Assembly: GCA_964016885.1 (NCBI GenBank) | Contig: OZ024743.1 | Coordinates: 212,784,001-212,848,000 of the forward strand | Direction: 5' to 3' | From: Eledone cirrhosa | Lineage: Eukaryota | DNA: 64,000 nt | In this document: positions 27,564-40,120 of the stretch, one piece after another | Layout: every line of letters begins with the position of its first letter | Numbering within the stretch: the first letter of the stretch is position 1 | Notes under the pieces: generated by a model | What the model saw: only the letters and a program-made list of their open reading frames with translations | The model's database searches: none | Told to the model about the DNA's origin: nothing | Made by a program: the position numbers and the translations under genes

Positions 27564-28224
27564 ATATATATATATATATACACACATACCCCCCCCCCCC
27601 CCACATATATATATATTTATTTATTAAAATAACAGATTAAATATATGTAATGTAGTCTTTTCTATCTCTTTACTGATAGCTATATATATAGAGACAACAG
27701 TGTAATTATTGACATCTGTTCTATTTTATTTAAGAAACAGAGTACAGCAGATGCTAAAGGTTTGGGGCAGATCTTACTGCTACCTCTAGCAGTAAGATTG
27801 AACCCCCAAATATAAGCTCCCTTGTTTGCTCGTATGTACGTGTATGTTCGTGTGTGTGTGTGTGTGTGTGCATTATGTATATGTGGGTGTGTGTTTGTAT
27901 GTGTACATACATACAAACAGGGCCTCATAGAGAAATGTTGCAAGGCGGTACAAGACCCCTTTGGGGTCCGAAGCATGCAAATATTTTTCTCAAAATGGTT
28001 GTTGCATGGTTGCTATGAGGCCTTCTTAGCTCTTGGGTCCCGGAACAAAGTACCGGCTCGACCCCACTCCTCTCATAGGCTCAGTATTAATATATACACA
28101 AATACATGCATACTTACACAACACACACATACATATATACTTACATATATATATATATACGCTTACACACACACACACATATATATATTATATATATATA
28201 TACGCACATACATACGTACACACA

Positions 28225-28700
28225 TGATGGCTGCACACTCTGCTAAGAGTATTGCAATTGCTTGTCAGATTACAGAAAATGGTGCACTTTTAGGCCACGC
28301 CCAGCCACACGAACCTGTAACAGATCCTGAACAAGCAAAGCCTGTGCTTTGAAGGTTTTTAAGTGGGGAAAAGGCCTTGCACTCGATCAATCCCACTCTC
28401 CGAGCATCGAAAACACCACCCGATAAGGCGAACTGGTCAACATAATCGGATGCTTCCGAAGCCTCAGGTTTCTTTTCAGAGTTTCCCTCTCCTACAAAGG
28501 TGTTGTGACAACAACTGGCGGCTTTTCACTCCCAGGTGGAAAAAAATACTATTTGGATGGCCGTTGACTCTGCTGAGTTCCTCCCCAGGGTGTCCAAATA
28601 TCGCCCTCCTTACCAAGAAAGCTTGGTGGGTTTGCCGGTTTAGTCGGCGACGATCCGACCATGAGACAGGTTCTACTGGGTTACATGTTACCACTAGCAT
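28225..28700 (-). mobile_element. Related RTE-derived short element
   Basis: 5' part resembles 41830-41945; lies against (CATA)n. Confidence 0.6.
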
Positions 28701-28849
28701 ACATACATACGGTGTTGAAGGTGTGTAAGTTCATTTGGCCAGGTGATGACCAAGAATTGTTTTGTCTCGTTCAAGCAACCGTCTGTGTGTCCTCTATCTG
28801 CCAATCTATGGCCCTCATTTGTACCTTTCTGTATTTTGTCAGTGTTTCT

Positions 28850-29113
28850 GTTGTGTGTTGTGTCACAACACACGACACAAAAAACCCCCCCAAAAAACAA
28901 GATGATGTACAACAAAGGAGAGACCCAAAATAAAATCTCAGTCACTGAGGAGGTCACAGAATGTGTGACGAAAGAGCTTTGACAATATATAAACAACCAT
29001 CCGATGACCGAACCAACCAACCAACCAACCGGAAATTTATAATAAATTGAAGTGAAAACCAACAGGAGCGTGTGTTTTTATCGGCACCATGACTATCCCA
29101 AAATTACAACAAT
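28850..29113 (+). mobile_element. Penelope-like pseudo-LTR with minimal hammerhead motif
   Basis: Homologous to 52280-52560, including the ORF-start tail ATGACTATCCCAAAA. Confidence 0.75.
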
Positions 29114-29198
29114 ACACACACACACACATACACACATGTATATATATATTTATATATATATATATATATATATGTTGTTATAATTTATATCTATATGT

Positions 29199-29284
29199 TG
29201 GAGACGCAGGACATGGCAGCGATAATGAGGGACAAAGACCGCTGGAGAGAACTCGTCCATGGATTTCGGGAATTTTACCCGCCC
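29199..29284 (+). mobile_element. Short RTE 3'-end fragment (paralog 37170-37256)
   Basis: LETQDMAAIMRD.DRWRELVHG.REFYPP followed by (TA)n. Confidence 0.85.
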
Positions 29285-29472
29285 TATATATATATATATA
29301 TACTGTATATATATATAGGAAATTGTTCAAGACCCCGGCGGCAGAGCTCAAGCCGTTTCGACGGCTATTTCTGGACCAATAGGTCCAATAGGTAATAACC
29401 CACCCTACTACCCTAAGTATTGAGTACTCTGGTGAGTTATAGTCCACCTGGTTCCTTACCACACTTCCTTCG

Positions 29473-29510
<38 letters not shown>

Positions 29511-29690
29511 ATGTTCAAGACCCCGACGGCAGAGATCAAGCCGTTTCGACGGCTATTTCGAAATAGCCATCGAAACGGCTTGAGCTCTGCGGTCGGGTTC
29601 TTGAACATTTTCCTATTACCCACTCTACTAAGTATTCAGTACTCTGGTGCGTGATGGTCCACCTGGTTCCTTACCACACTTCCTTTGTTG

Positions 29691-29721
<31 letters not shown>

Positions 29722-29827
29722 ATATGTGTGTGTGTTTAACCTAATATATATTCCTTCCATATACTGTACCGATTGTGTTGTTATTTCTGTTTACCTTTTA
29801 CATACATACATACATACATACATATAT

Positions 29828-29911
<84 letters not shown>

Positions 29912-30155
29912 AGTTATTCCGGGTTGAATCGGAGGTAATCACAGTAAGTAAGGTACTCAATACATAGCAGAGTATAAAAGTTTTAATATAGAATCTCATC
30001 TATCTCTATATATATGTAGGAGGTGAGTTTTATTGTTGTACAATAAAGCAATGCAGATATCGGATAAGTAGCACTCTACAGTTTGTAGGACTGGAGTATA
30101 AATAATATAAGATCAAAAGATGGAACTCTTTTAACCATCTTTTGATCTCATATTA

Positions 30156-30228
<73 letters not shown>

Positions 30229-30590
30229 TATATATACAGTGTCCTTTTGTTTGCAACATGTCCTAACTCTGATTAATTATTTGAAAATAATGTAAAACAA
30301 AGCAAACCCCGCCCAATTTTACAAATACGTATCTAAATACATTTTACAGTTAAAATACACTGAAATACAAAACAATTCTAAAGAAATTACGATGCACGCA
30401 ACTAATACAATGAAACATGAAATGACAGGCACTCCTGCGACATTCTATATTATGTTATATAATGCTGTCATTTAGCGAAAATTGATAACAAAAATATAAT
30501 TGGGAGGGTCTAGATAAACAATATGATATTCTATTTATCTTACATATCACTTTCATACAAAAGGATAAACTCTATGGGAGTTTATCCATA

Positions 30591-31304
30591 TTGATGAAAG
30601 ACGAATTGGCGGCGAAAAAATACTCTGTGTCGCCAATTCGTTCCACACACTACACCTTCTTCCCCACCTACATGGGTAAAAAACCCCAGAGGATATGGAT
30701 AACCACCATCACCCCAAACATAAACTACTGGTGGTTACTAACCGGATTCCTCAATTTAGACGAGGACAACCTCATTTCAATAGGGAAGGCATCCGGCGAC
30801 GCGTTCAGTGGAACGAGTATCGAAGTTCTGACACAAATAAGGCCAGAACGTATCGCCCAAATCCCTGAGCGCGTCATGCTGGATGACCGTACCAACCTCA
30901 ACATTATTGTGGAGGGTAGGCGTCCCTCCTGTTACCTCTGTGGCAATAGAGGTCACCTGAGGGCTGCCTGTCCCCAGCTCACACAGAAAAAAACACTGCT
31001 ACCAACACCAACACCACCCCAACAACAACAACAAAAAAACAACAACAACAACAACAATAAAAACAACCACAACAACAACAACACCAAAAACCAACAACAC
31101 CACCACCACCACCACCACAACAGCAACAACAACAAACACGTGAAAAAACAACACAGAATACTGTCCCACCCAACCCCTCCCCACCCAAAACAAATACAAA
31201 AACACACACACCTCAAACACTACCAGAAAACATACCCCTCCCACCCAACAAGGAAGACGAACCCCTTTCGTGGCAAGACGAAAAAGATCCCTTCCAAACA
31301 GTAA
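30591..31304 (+). CDS. ORF1 remnant with CCHC zinc knuckle and low-complexity tail
   Basis: CYLCGNRGHLRAAC. Confidence 0.75.
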   Translation: MMKDELAAKKYSVSPIRSTHYTFFPTYMGKKPQRIWITTITPNINYWWLLTGFLNLDEDNLISIGKASGDAFSGTSIEVLTQIRPERIAQIPERVMLDDRTNLNIIVEGRRPSCYLCGNRGHLRAACPQLTQKKTLLPTPTPPQQQQQKNNNNNNNKNNHNNNNTKNQQHHHHHHHNSNNNKHVKKQHRILSHPTPPHPKQIQKHTHLKHYQKTYPSHPTRKTNPFRGKTKKIPSKQ

Positions 31305-31848
31305 AAAGAAAGAAGAGGAGGCGCACCACAGACACACTTGTTAACTTTAACCCTCCCCAAGAGAACACAAACTATATACAAACCACCCCTCCCCGTCACA
31401 CAACACTAACTGCTACACAAAAAAAGACTTTACAATATACATACATGAACACAGACAACAAAGAACTACTGAAAACAATTTCAGCAAACCCTTCGGTCCA
31501 AACTGAAGGGCCTAACTTTATAACTGCTGTGGGACTACCTCATTTAAAAATGATTAAAGTCCCAATGAACTTTTATAAAACACTGAAAATAAATTTCACG
31601 GAGGACGTGCCCCCCCCCCCCCCCCCTCTGCGCCAAACCAATCAACCGCGTCATCCTAAAATTGTTTACCCCCCACCCCACCCAGACACCCACTCAACCA
31701 CAAACACCCCAACCCACAACACACTGATGTCCCTTCACTTCCACAAACCACCACCCCACCCAACAATCCATCCCCAACCAGCATGGAAATTGAGCGGCCC
31801 GTTTCCCGGGACGCAGAGAGGTAAGTGCCTTTTCTCCTTACCACCAAC

Positions 31849-34800
31849 ATGGCTGTGCTAAGAGTAGGGTGTCTAAATGCGCGTGGCCTGGGCTCATCTT
31901 GGAAGCAAGCAATACTTCTAAATGACCTCAGGTCACGATCTATAAATGTGATGGTTATCTGCGAGGCCCGGATCAGCAGCATGCAACAGCTAGCCCCCAC
32001 CTTTGACGACTTTGAGATGCATGCATCTCTCTGTCAGCCTGGTGGTGGGGGTGGGGTTGTCGTTCTGCTGCAAAAACATCTGGGTCTTGCGACACAGATA
32101 GTTCACTTGGACCCAGGGGGTCGACTGGTGGTGCTGGACCTTGGCAGTGGTGAAGGTGGAGCCTTTAGGCTGGTAGCCGCATATGCCCCTTTTGGGACAG
32201 AGCGGCCCGACTTTTTCCAGCGTCTGGAGTCTTTTCTAGGGACGTCCCGTACCCTGCTTTTAGTGGGGGACTGGAATGGTATCCTGGATGCACGTTGGGA
32301 CTATGCAGGGGCATGTCCCGATAGAGACGGGTGCAACAGCCTCAAGGGGTTACTCGGCCGATTTGACCTGGCCGATAGATTTCGACTAGATTTTCCGACG
32401 GTGCCAACCTGGTCTTGGTCAAATCGCAGTGGATCATCTAGGTCGAACCTACATAGGTTTTTAGTTAGAAATAAGGACAGGGACTTTCTAAGTTGTCCAG
32501 AAATGCTCATGGTTGGCTATTCAGACCACAAGTTGGTGACCTGCATGGTCAACCTTGATAGAACACATAGACAGGGCCCCGATTACTGGAAGCTCAACTT
32601 GTCTTTGCCTGCAAGTAGAGCTTACAGGGATCGGATTAGTACGTTAGTTAAGGAACGGTTGACTGGAGCGATCGTCAACAGCAGGTGGTGGGTATCTCTA
32701 AAGAGAGAGATTAGAGTAGTCTCGATAGAATTTAGTAAGGTTCTAGCTGCGGATAGGAATAGGAAGGAAAGGGAGCTAATAGATATGTTTCTTTTATTTG
32801 CCACAAGGGCATCAAAAGTGGGACAAGTACAATGGGGGGAGTTTACAAAACAAGGCGTCCTCAATAGGGAGGAGGCAATAACAATATATAAAAATAAAAT
32901 AAAATATAACAAAAAATAGAATTATAACAAAATCCTCAATAGAGGATTTTGTTATAAAATATAACAAAAACTAAAATTTATAACAAAATCCTCAATAGAG
33001 AGGAGGCGCCTTGGGGGGTCGCACACACCCCCGAAAAAAGTGTGCAACCCTTTTCCTCAGGAGCACAGAGAGGGGGTGCTCCCTCGTTCCTTCCTCTTTT
33101 CCACCTACAGGCTTATGTAAAGAGAAGGCCCATTCACACGGGCCATTCTCGCCACTTTCACCCACCTTTCATAAAAACGACTGGGGTGCAGCACCTCTCT
33201 CTCCATCCTGATCCTTCTTCCGAAATGATATCGGAAGAAACGGACCAGTTGTTGGCCAGAGAGAAAGGTGCCTGACCTCAGTCCTTTCAGACGCGTCCAC
33301 CATACAACCTCTTTCGCCATGGCTATTACGCACAGAAACACCGCCTCTGCTTCATCTTTGAAGGGGGGAGGCGGCTTGATCATTACAATAGACTCGGTGG
33401 TCAACCGGATCGGTCCCACCCCTGACAGCAGTTGTTCGACATAGCCCCACAGATCGGCTACGCCCGAGCAGTGTACCAATTCGTGTGCAACGGTTTCCTC
33501 GTCGCACACGCATCTGGGACAGATCTTTTTGGCGGGGTCCCAGAGTAGAAGAGGCAATTAGAAGCGGCGACGTGGCCAGAGTGCTAGCGTCGAGAAAGGC
33601 TTTGAGCCAGTTTTTCGACGCGAAGCACGAAGGCTGCGTTGTCCGAAGTAAAATACGTGCTCTAGGGAAGGGGGGGGGACCAAAGCTGTTAGCTGGGCTC
33701 GCGTGACAGAGGCCAACAGTGGAACTAAATCCACCATCCGGTCTTTGTGAGACCAGGATGGGCGGGCGATTCTTGAGCCTAAGCAGATGTGTGAGGCCTT
33801 TCAAAGGCACTTTGCCCGACTGTTCGGAAGGGGCGGGGAGCCGGTTGGGGATGTGGACTTCGGTCCATACCTCGACGGCCTGTCGCGTCTCTCGGACAGG
33901 GAGGCGAAGTCCTGCGAAAAGCCGATTTCGGCCGCTGAGATAGAGGATGCTGAGCCAATGCGGCAAACGCAAATCTCCGGGTCTCGATGGTCTTCCATAC
34001 GAATTATATCTAGCTATGCCGGACTTGTTCCCCGATCTCCTCGAGGCGGTCTACTGCAACTGGCAACAGAACGGCAGTATTCCCTGTACTGTGACCAAGG
34101 GCGTAGTCACGCTAGTGAGGAAGGACGAGAACAAGGGGGACGAAATAAGTAACTTCAGGCCCATAACTCTGCTAAATACAGAGTTACAGATTTTGGCCAA
34201 GGTGCTAGCAAAGAGGTGGGCGCTTGTCGTGGGCAACCTGGTGGGAGATACGCAGACATGTGCTATCCCGTCCAGGTCCATCCATGACAACCTCCACCTC
34301 ATGCGATACATCATAGAGAGGGTTGGGAACGAACCCGGCTTTGGTGGGGCTCTGATCAACTTGGATCAATCTAAGGCGTTCGATAGAGTCGACCATGGTT
34401 ACCTGGATGCGGTGCTAGCGGAGGCAGGCTTCGGACCCGTTTTCAGGGGCTGGATCACTGCTATGCACAGCAGCCGCATCTGCTCTAGGGTCAAGGTGAA
34501 CGGCTACCTCTCGGAGCCGTTCAAAATCGCGCGGTCCATCCGACAAGGGTGCCCTCTCTCCTCCCTTCTGTATGTGTTGACTCTCGAGCCACTACTGCGG
34601 AAGTTGGAGTTGTTGCAGGGCATCTCTTTGGAACCGGGATTGCGGAAAGCGGTGTCGGCCTACGCCGATGACGTGACAGTAATGGTGTCGACGGCCTCCG
34701 AAATCGGGGCGGTCGGCACCTTCCTGGAGGAGTACGAAAGGTTCACAGGGGCTAAGCTGAACCGGGACAAGTCGATCGGTTTGCAACTCGGCACGTGGAG

Positions 34801-36051
34801 GGGCAGACCGATGCCCTCCGATGGCGTCGTCGGACGTTGGACGGAGGGCCCGGTGAAGTTGCTCGGGGTCTGGTTCGGACCAGACCTCCAGGTGGAGAAG
34901 AACTGGACGGAGGTTACGAACAGGGTGTTTGCACTGACCCAGAAGTGGGCCAGTTGCAAACTATCCCTGAAAGGTCGGGCGGAGGTGGCGAACACCTATA
35001 TAGCGTCCGTCATCTACTACCGCCTGACCGTAGTGCCTTGCCCAAGGGAAACCCTCGCCGAGATGGAGCGCGCGCTCTTCCAATTCCTTTGGAAGAGGCG
35101 GGCTCCCTTGGTGAGGAGATCCATCTGCTGTCAACACCCTTCGAAAGGAGGGCTGGGGATGCCGTGGCTAATGATGCGTAAACACGCACTCAGGCTACGG
35201 CACCTCCACGTATTCCTCACCGGTCAACCGGTGTGGGCCTCGTTTGTGAGACGAACCTTCCCAGACTCGTCTCACTCACCGAGCTGCAATCCTGGGTCAA
35301 GCAAAGACCGAGAAAACTGGGCGCCTGGCACACTGAGTGTGCCCAGGTGCCACCGCCCTCTGGCAGGTGGATCCGGTTATCAGTGGAGACTCCACCGCAA
35401 CATTCTATATAGGGCTGGTACGCAGCAGGTGCGACGACGCCCTCGGAGAAGCCCTAGACATGGAGGAGGACGAACTGACCAGCCTGTTCGGTAGGACATT
35501 CAGCCCGGGACCTATGGACAACTTCCAGAAGTCCCTGGCCTGGCAGTGCTACCGAGGGGCTCTACCCGTTCGAGAATAGCTCTACAGACACGGGCGCCCG
35601 GGTAGGGACCCCGCCAAAAAGATCTGTCCCAGATGCGTGTGCGACGAGGAAACCGTTGCACACGCATTGGTACACTGCTCGGGCGTAGCCGATCTGTGGG
35701 GCTATGTCGAACAACTGCTGTCAAGGGTGGGACCGATCCGGTTGACCACCGAGTCTATTGTAATGATCAAGCCGCCTCCCCCCTTCAAAGATGAAGGAGA
35801 GGCGGTGTTTCTGTGCGTAATAGCCATGGTGAAAGAAGTTGTATGGTGGACGCGTCTGAAAGGACTGAGGTCAGGCACTTTTCTCTCTGGCCAACAACTG
35901 GTCCGTTTCTTCCGATATCTTTTCGGAAGAAGGATCAGGATGGAGAGAGAGGTGCTCCACCCCAGTCGTTTTTATGAAAGGTGGGTGAAAGGTGGGTGAA
36001 AGTGGCGAGAATGGCCCGTGTAATTGGGCCTTCTCTTTACATAAGCCTGTA
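31849..36051 (+). pseudogene. ORF2 (APE endonuclease, RT, zf-RVT) broken by frameshifts, a stop and a nested insertion
   Basis: LNARGL, GDWN and SDH (APE); SPGLDGL, FRPITLLN, KAFDRV, QGCPLS and YADD (RT). Confidence 0.9.
32784..33540 (-). mobile_element. Nested antisense 3' fragment of the same Tx1-like family
   Basis: Reverse complement of about 35605-36304 with scattered differences. Confidence 0.92.
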
Positions 36052-36544
36052 GGTGGAAAAGAGGAAGGAACGAGGGAGCACCCCCTCTCTGTGCTCCTGA
36101 GGAGAAGGGTTGCACACTTTTTTCGGGGGTGTGTGCGACCCCTCTATTGAGCATTTTGTTATAATTATATTTTTTGTTATAATTGATTTTATTTTTATAT
36201 TTTGTTATTGCCTCCTCCTTATTGAGGACGCCTTTTTGTGTAAACTCACCCCATTGTACTTGTCCCACCTTTGATGCCCTGGTGGCAAATAAAAGAAACA
36301 TATCTTACATGACAGAAGGCATGTTTTAGCCTGTAAAAACGCTACATCCTCCAGATCGGTATATTTCTGTTTCAGTAACTGACACATCGTCAATTCTACA
36401 CTGTTAGGTCATTTATCGTACTCTTCAGACCCGATGTTATATAATGCTGTCATTGATATTTTTACTCTCTGCTGTTTTGCTGGTGAACACTATCCAGGTA
36501 GGATACATTTCTTGGTCTTATTAATCTATATACTGTCCGGTTAC

Positions 36545-36853
36545 CAGGGTTGGATTTAGACCTCGAGGGGCCCGAGGCACTTCAGGATAAGGGGCACCCT
36601 CATACAGAAAAAAAAATGAGAGAACACAGCAAATTCCTCAATTTTACATATCAAAGTTACATTGGCGCAAATAATTGGAATTGAAAGGTTATACTTACAG
36701 GTATTAAATTCAAAAATTCTAACCATATTAAAACTAAAAAGCCCAGCTGAGGGCACAAATAAATTGCTACGGCCGTCGCTGGTGCCCCCACCCCCTGCAG
36801 GGGGCCCAGAGCAATGGTCCACATTGCCCCACTCCCAATTAAATCCGGCCCTA
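36545..36853. mobile_element. hAT-type MITE
   Basis: CAGGGTTGGATTTA...TAAATCCGGCCCTA; perfect 8-bp TSD CCGGTTAC. Confidence 0.88.
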
Positions 36854-37029
36854 CCGGTTACGTAAGCCGAGTTTGAGAAGATGGGTCGTCCGCGTTTGGT
36901 TTGCCGAATCTGGAGGGTGAGTATGGTTTGGTTTGACATGAGTCATGAGTACAGGTTGGCGTTCAACTTAGGGTGTTTGATGAGGATTTGTGGACTGATT
37001 GATTAATTACATGTATACACACGCACGCA

Positions 37030-37118
<89 letters not shown>

Positions 37119-37253
37119 TATATATATTTATATATATATATATATGTTGTTATAATTTATACCTATATGTTGGAGACGCAGGACATGGCAGCGATAATGA
37201 CGGACACAGACCGCTGGAGAGAACTCGTCCATGGATTTCGGGAATTTTACCCG

Positions 37254-37305
<52 letters not shown>

Positions 37306-37656
37306 TATATATATATATAGGAAATTGTTCAAGAACCCGGCGGCAGAGCTCAAGCCGTTTCGACGGCTATTTCTGGACCAATAGGTCCAATAGGTAATAA
37401 CCCACTCTACTACTCTAAGTATTGAATACTCTGGTGCGTTATGGTCCATCTGGTTCCTTACCACACTTCCTTCGTTATATATATATAGGAAAATGTTCAA
37501 GACCCCGACGGCAGAGATCAAGCCGTTTCGACGGCTATTTCGAAATAGCCATCGAAACGTCTTGAGCTCTGCGGTCGGGTTCTTGAACATTTTCCTATTA
37601 CCCACTCTACTAAGTATTCAGTACTCTGGTGCGTGATGGTCCACCTGGTTCCTTTG

Positions 37657-37732
<76 letters not shown>

Positions 37733-37804
37733 GTGTGTGTGTGTTAACCTAATATATATTCCTTCCATATACTGTACCGATTGTGTTGTTATTTCTGTTT
37801 ACCT

Positions 37805-37842
<38 letters not shown>

Positions 37843-38086
37843 CATATATATATACATATATATATAGTTTAGGTATGATACATTTTATTACTAATTATAT
37901 CTAAATGTTTCTTCTCTCTTCATAATGTATTTTTAACTCTGATACTGGTTCAGTCTGGTTCAAACTGAATTGGTCTGTCCCAGTCATTCATTGAGCAACA
38001 TCGGTGAAGTTGGCACCCTTCACTCACAGTTGGGTGCGGATGCATTCATGTATATATGTGTGTGTCCGCATGTATCTGTGTGTTTT

Positions 38087-38167
<81 letters not shown>

Positions 38168-38234
38168 GTTATTCCGGGTTGAATCGGAGGTAACCACAGT
38201 AAGTAAGGTACTCAATACATAGTAGAGTATAAAA

Positions 38235-38287
38235 GAGATTCCTGATGATTTCTAATGAATGAAACAGTTCTAGTCCTGTAGAATCTC
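38235..38287 (+). ncRNA. Type I hammerhead ribozyme motif
   Basis: GAGATTC-CTGATGA-tTTCtaatGAAt-GAAA-CAG...CTG-TA-GAATCTC; GUA cleavage triplet; weak stem II. Confidence 0.7.
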
Positions 38288-38288
38288 A

Positions 38289-38335
<47 letters not shown>

Positions 38336-38579
38336 AGTTATTCCTGGTTGAATCGGAGGTAATCACAGTAAGTAAGGTACTCAATACATAGCAGAGTATA
38401 AAAGTTTTAATATAGAATCTCATCTATCTCTATATATATGTAGGAGGTGAGTTTTATTGTTGTACAATAAATCAATGCAGATATCGGATAAGTAGCACTC
38501 TACAGTTTGTAGGACTGGAGTATAAATAATATAAGATCAAAAGATGGAACTCTTTTAACCATCTTTTGATCTCATATTA

Positions 38580-38642
<63 letters not shown>

Positions 38643-38781
38643 TAGAATTGGAGCTCTGAAATAGCAATATATATATACGGATGTATATATAATGTATTTT
38701 GCAATACACTTTATGCTTAATTAAAAGCATTTTGAAGACCGTAACCTATTGTTTTAAAGTAGTGACAAATTCACTCACTTT

Positions 38782-38874
38782 GATCTCAGCAAACAGGGGA
38801 GATAAGCCGACAAGACTTGTTTCGCTTTGGTTGAAGCTTATCAAGGCCAACTACCCCACCTGTTTGCTGAGATC
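38782..38874 (-). ncRNA. Hammerhead ribozyme, U3-A8 core variant, GUC site
   Basis: Minus strand GGCC-TTGATAA-GCTT caacca AAGC-GAAA-CAAG t CTTG-TC-GGCT with long stem I. Confidence 0.8.
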
Positions 38875-39016
38875 ATTGATGTTATATTCTTATAGAAATC
38901 TAGTAAATAATCAGGAGCTGATTATGCAGAGCGGTTGTTGGTCAGGCAGAAATTAAAAATTAGAATTGGAGCTCTGAAATAGCAATATATATATGGATGT
39001 ATATATAATGTATTTT

Positions 39017-39102
39017 GCAAACAGGTGGGGTAGTTGGCCTTGATAAGCTTCAACCAAAGCGAAACAAGACTTGTCGGCTTATCTCCCCTGTTTGCTGAGA
39101 TC
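39017..39102 (+). ncRNA. Hammerhead ribozyme, U3-A8 core variant, GUC site at 39073-39075
   Basis: Core TTGATAA at 39040-39046; same stems as the minus copy. Confidence 0.8.
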
Positions 39103-39325
39103 AAAGTGAGTGAATTTGTCACTACTTTTAAGCAATAGCTTACGGTCTTCAAAATGCTTTTAATTAAGCATAAAGTGTATTGCAAAATACATTATATACA
39201 CATCCATATATATATTGCTATTTCAGAGCTCCAATTCTAATTTTTAATTTCTGCCTGACCAACAACCGCTCTGCATAATCAGCTCCTGATTATTTACTAG
39301 ATTTCTATAAGAATATAACATCAAT

Positions 39326-39418
39326 GATCTCAGCAAACAGGTGGGGTAGTTGGCCTTGATAAGCTTCAACCAAAGCGAAACAAGTCTTGCTGGCTTATCT
39401 CCCCTGTTTGCTGAGATC
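39326..39418 (+). ncRNA. Hammerhead copy with mutated cleavage triplet (GUC to GCU)
   Basis: Same core at 39356-39362; TTGCTGGC in place of TTGTCGGC. Confidence 0.7.
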
Positions 39419-39519
39419 GAAGTGAGTGAATTTGTCACTACTTTAAAACAATAGCTTACGGTCTTCAAAATGCTTTTAATTAAGCATAAAGTGTATTGCA
39501 AAATACATTATATATACAT

Positions 39520-39594
<75 letters not shown>

Positions 39595-40120
39595 ATACAG
39601 TGTCCTTTTGTTTGCAACAAGTCCTAACTCTGAAAATAATGTAAAACAAAGCAAACCCCGCCCAATTTTACATATACGTATCTAAATACATTTTACAGTT
39701 AAAATACACTGAAATACAAAACAATTCTAAAGAAATTACGATGCACGCAACTAATACAATGAAACATGAAATGACAGGCACTCCTGCGACATTCTATATT
39801 ATGTTATATAATGCTGTCATTTAGCGAAAATTGATAACAAAAATATAATTGGGAGGGTCTAGATAAACAATATGATTATCTTACATGACAGAAGGCATGT
39901 TTTAGCCTATAAAAACGCTACATCCTCCAGATCGGTATATTTCTGTTTAAGTAACTGACACATCGTCAGTTCTACACTGTTAGGTTATTTATCGTACTCT
40001 TCAGACCCGATGTTATATAATGCTGTCATTGATATTTTTACTCTCTGCTGTTTTGCTGGTGAACACTATTCAGGTAGGATACATTTCTTGGTCTTATTAA
40101 TCTATATACTGTCCGGTTAC

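Larger units (their letters stand above)
30546..36300 (+). mobile_element. Near full-length Tx1/L1-like LINE (ORF1 + ORF2, disabled)
   Basis: TSD TATCTTACAT at 30536-30545 and 36301-36310; empty paralogous site at 39877-39886. Confidence 0.92.
38639..39525. mobile_element. Tandem and inverted array of a ~317-bp hammerhead-bearing unit (retrozyme-like or Penelope pseudo-LTR)
   Basis: Periods of 318 and 316 bp; inversion junction at GCAA 39017-39020; sits inside (TA)n. Confidence 0.8.

Noticed and set aside
30550-30600. Hairpin at the 5' junction of the Tx1-like LINE
   Set aside because: The 10-bp stem lies in open frame with ORF1 and may be coincidental
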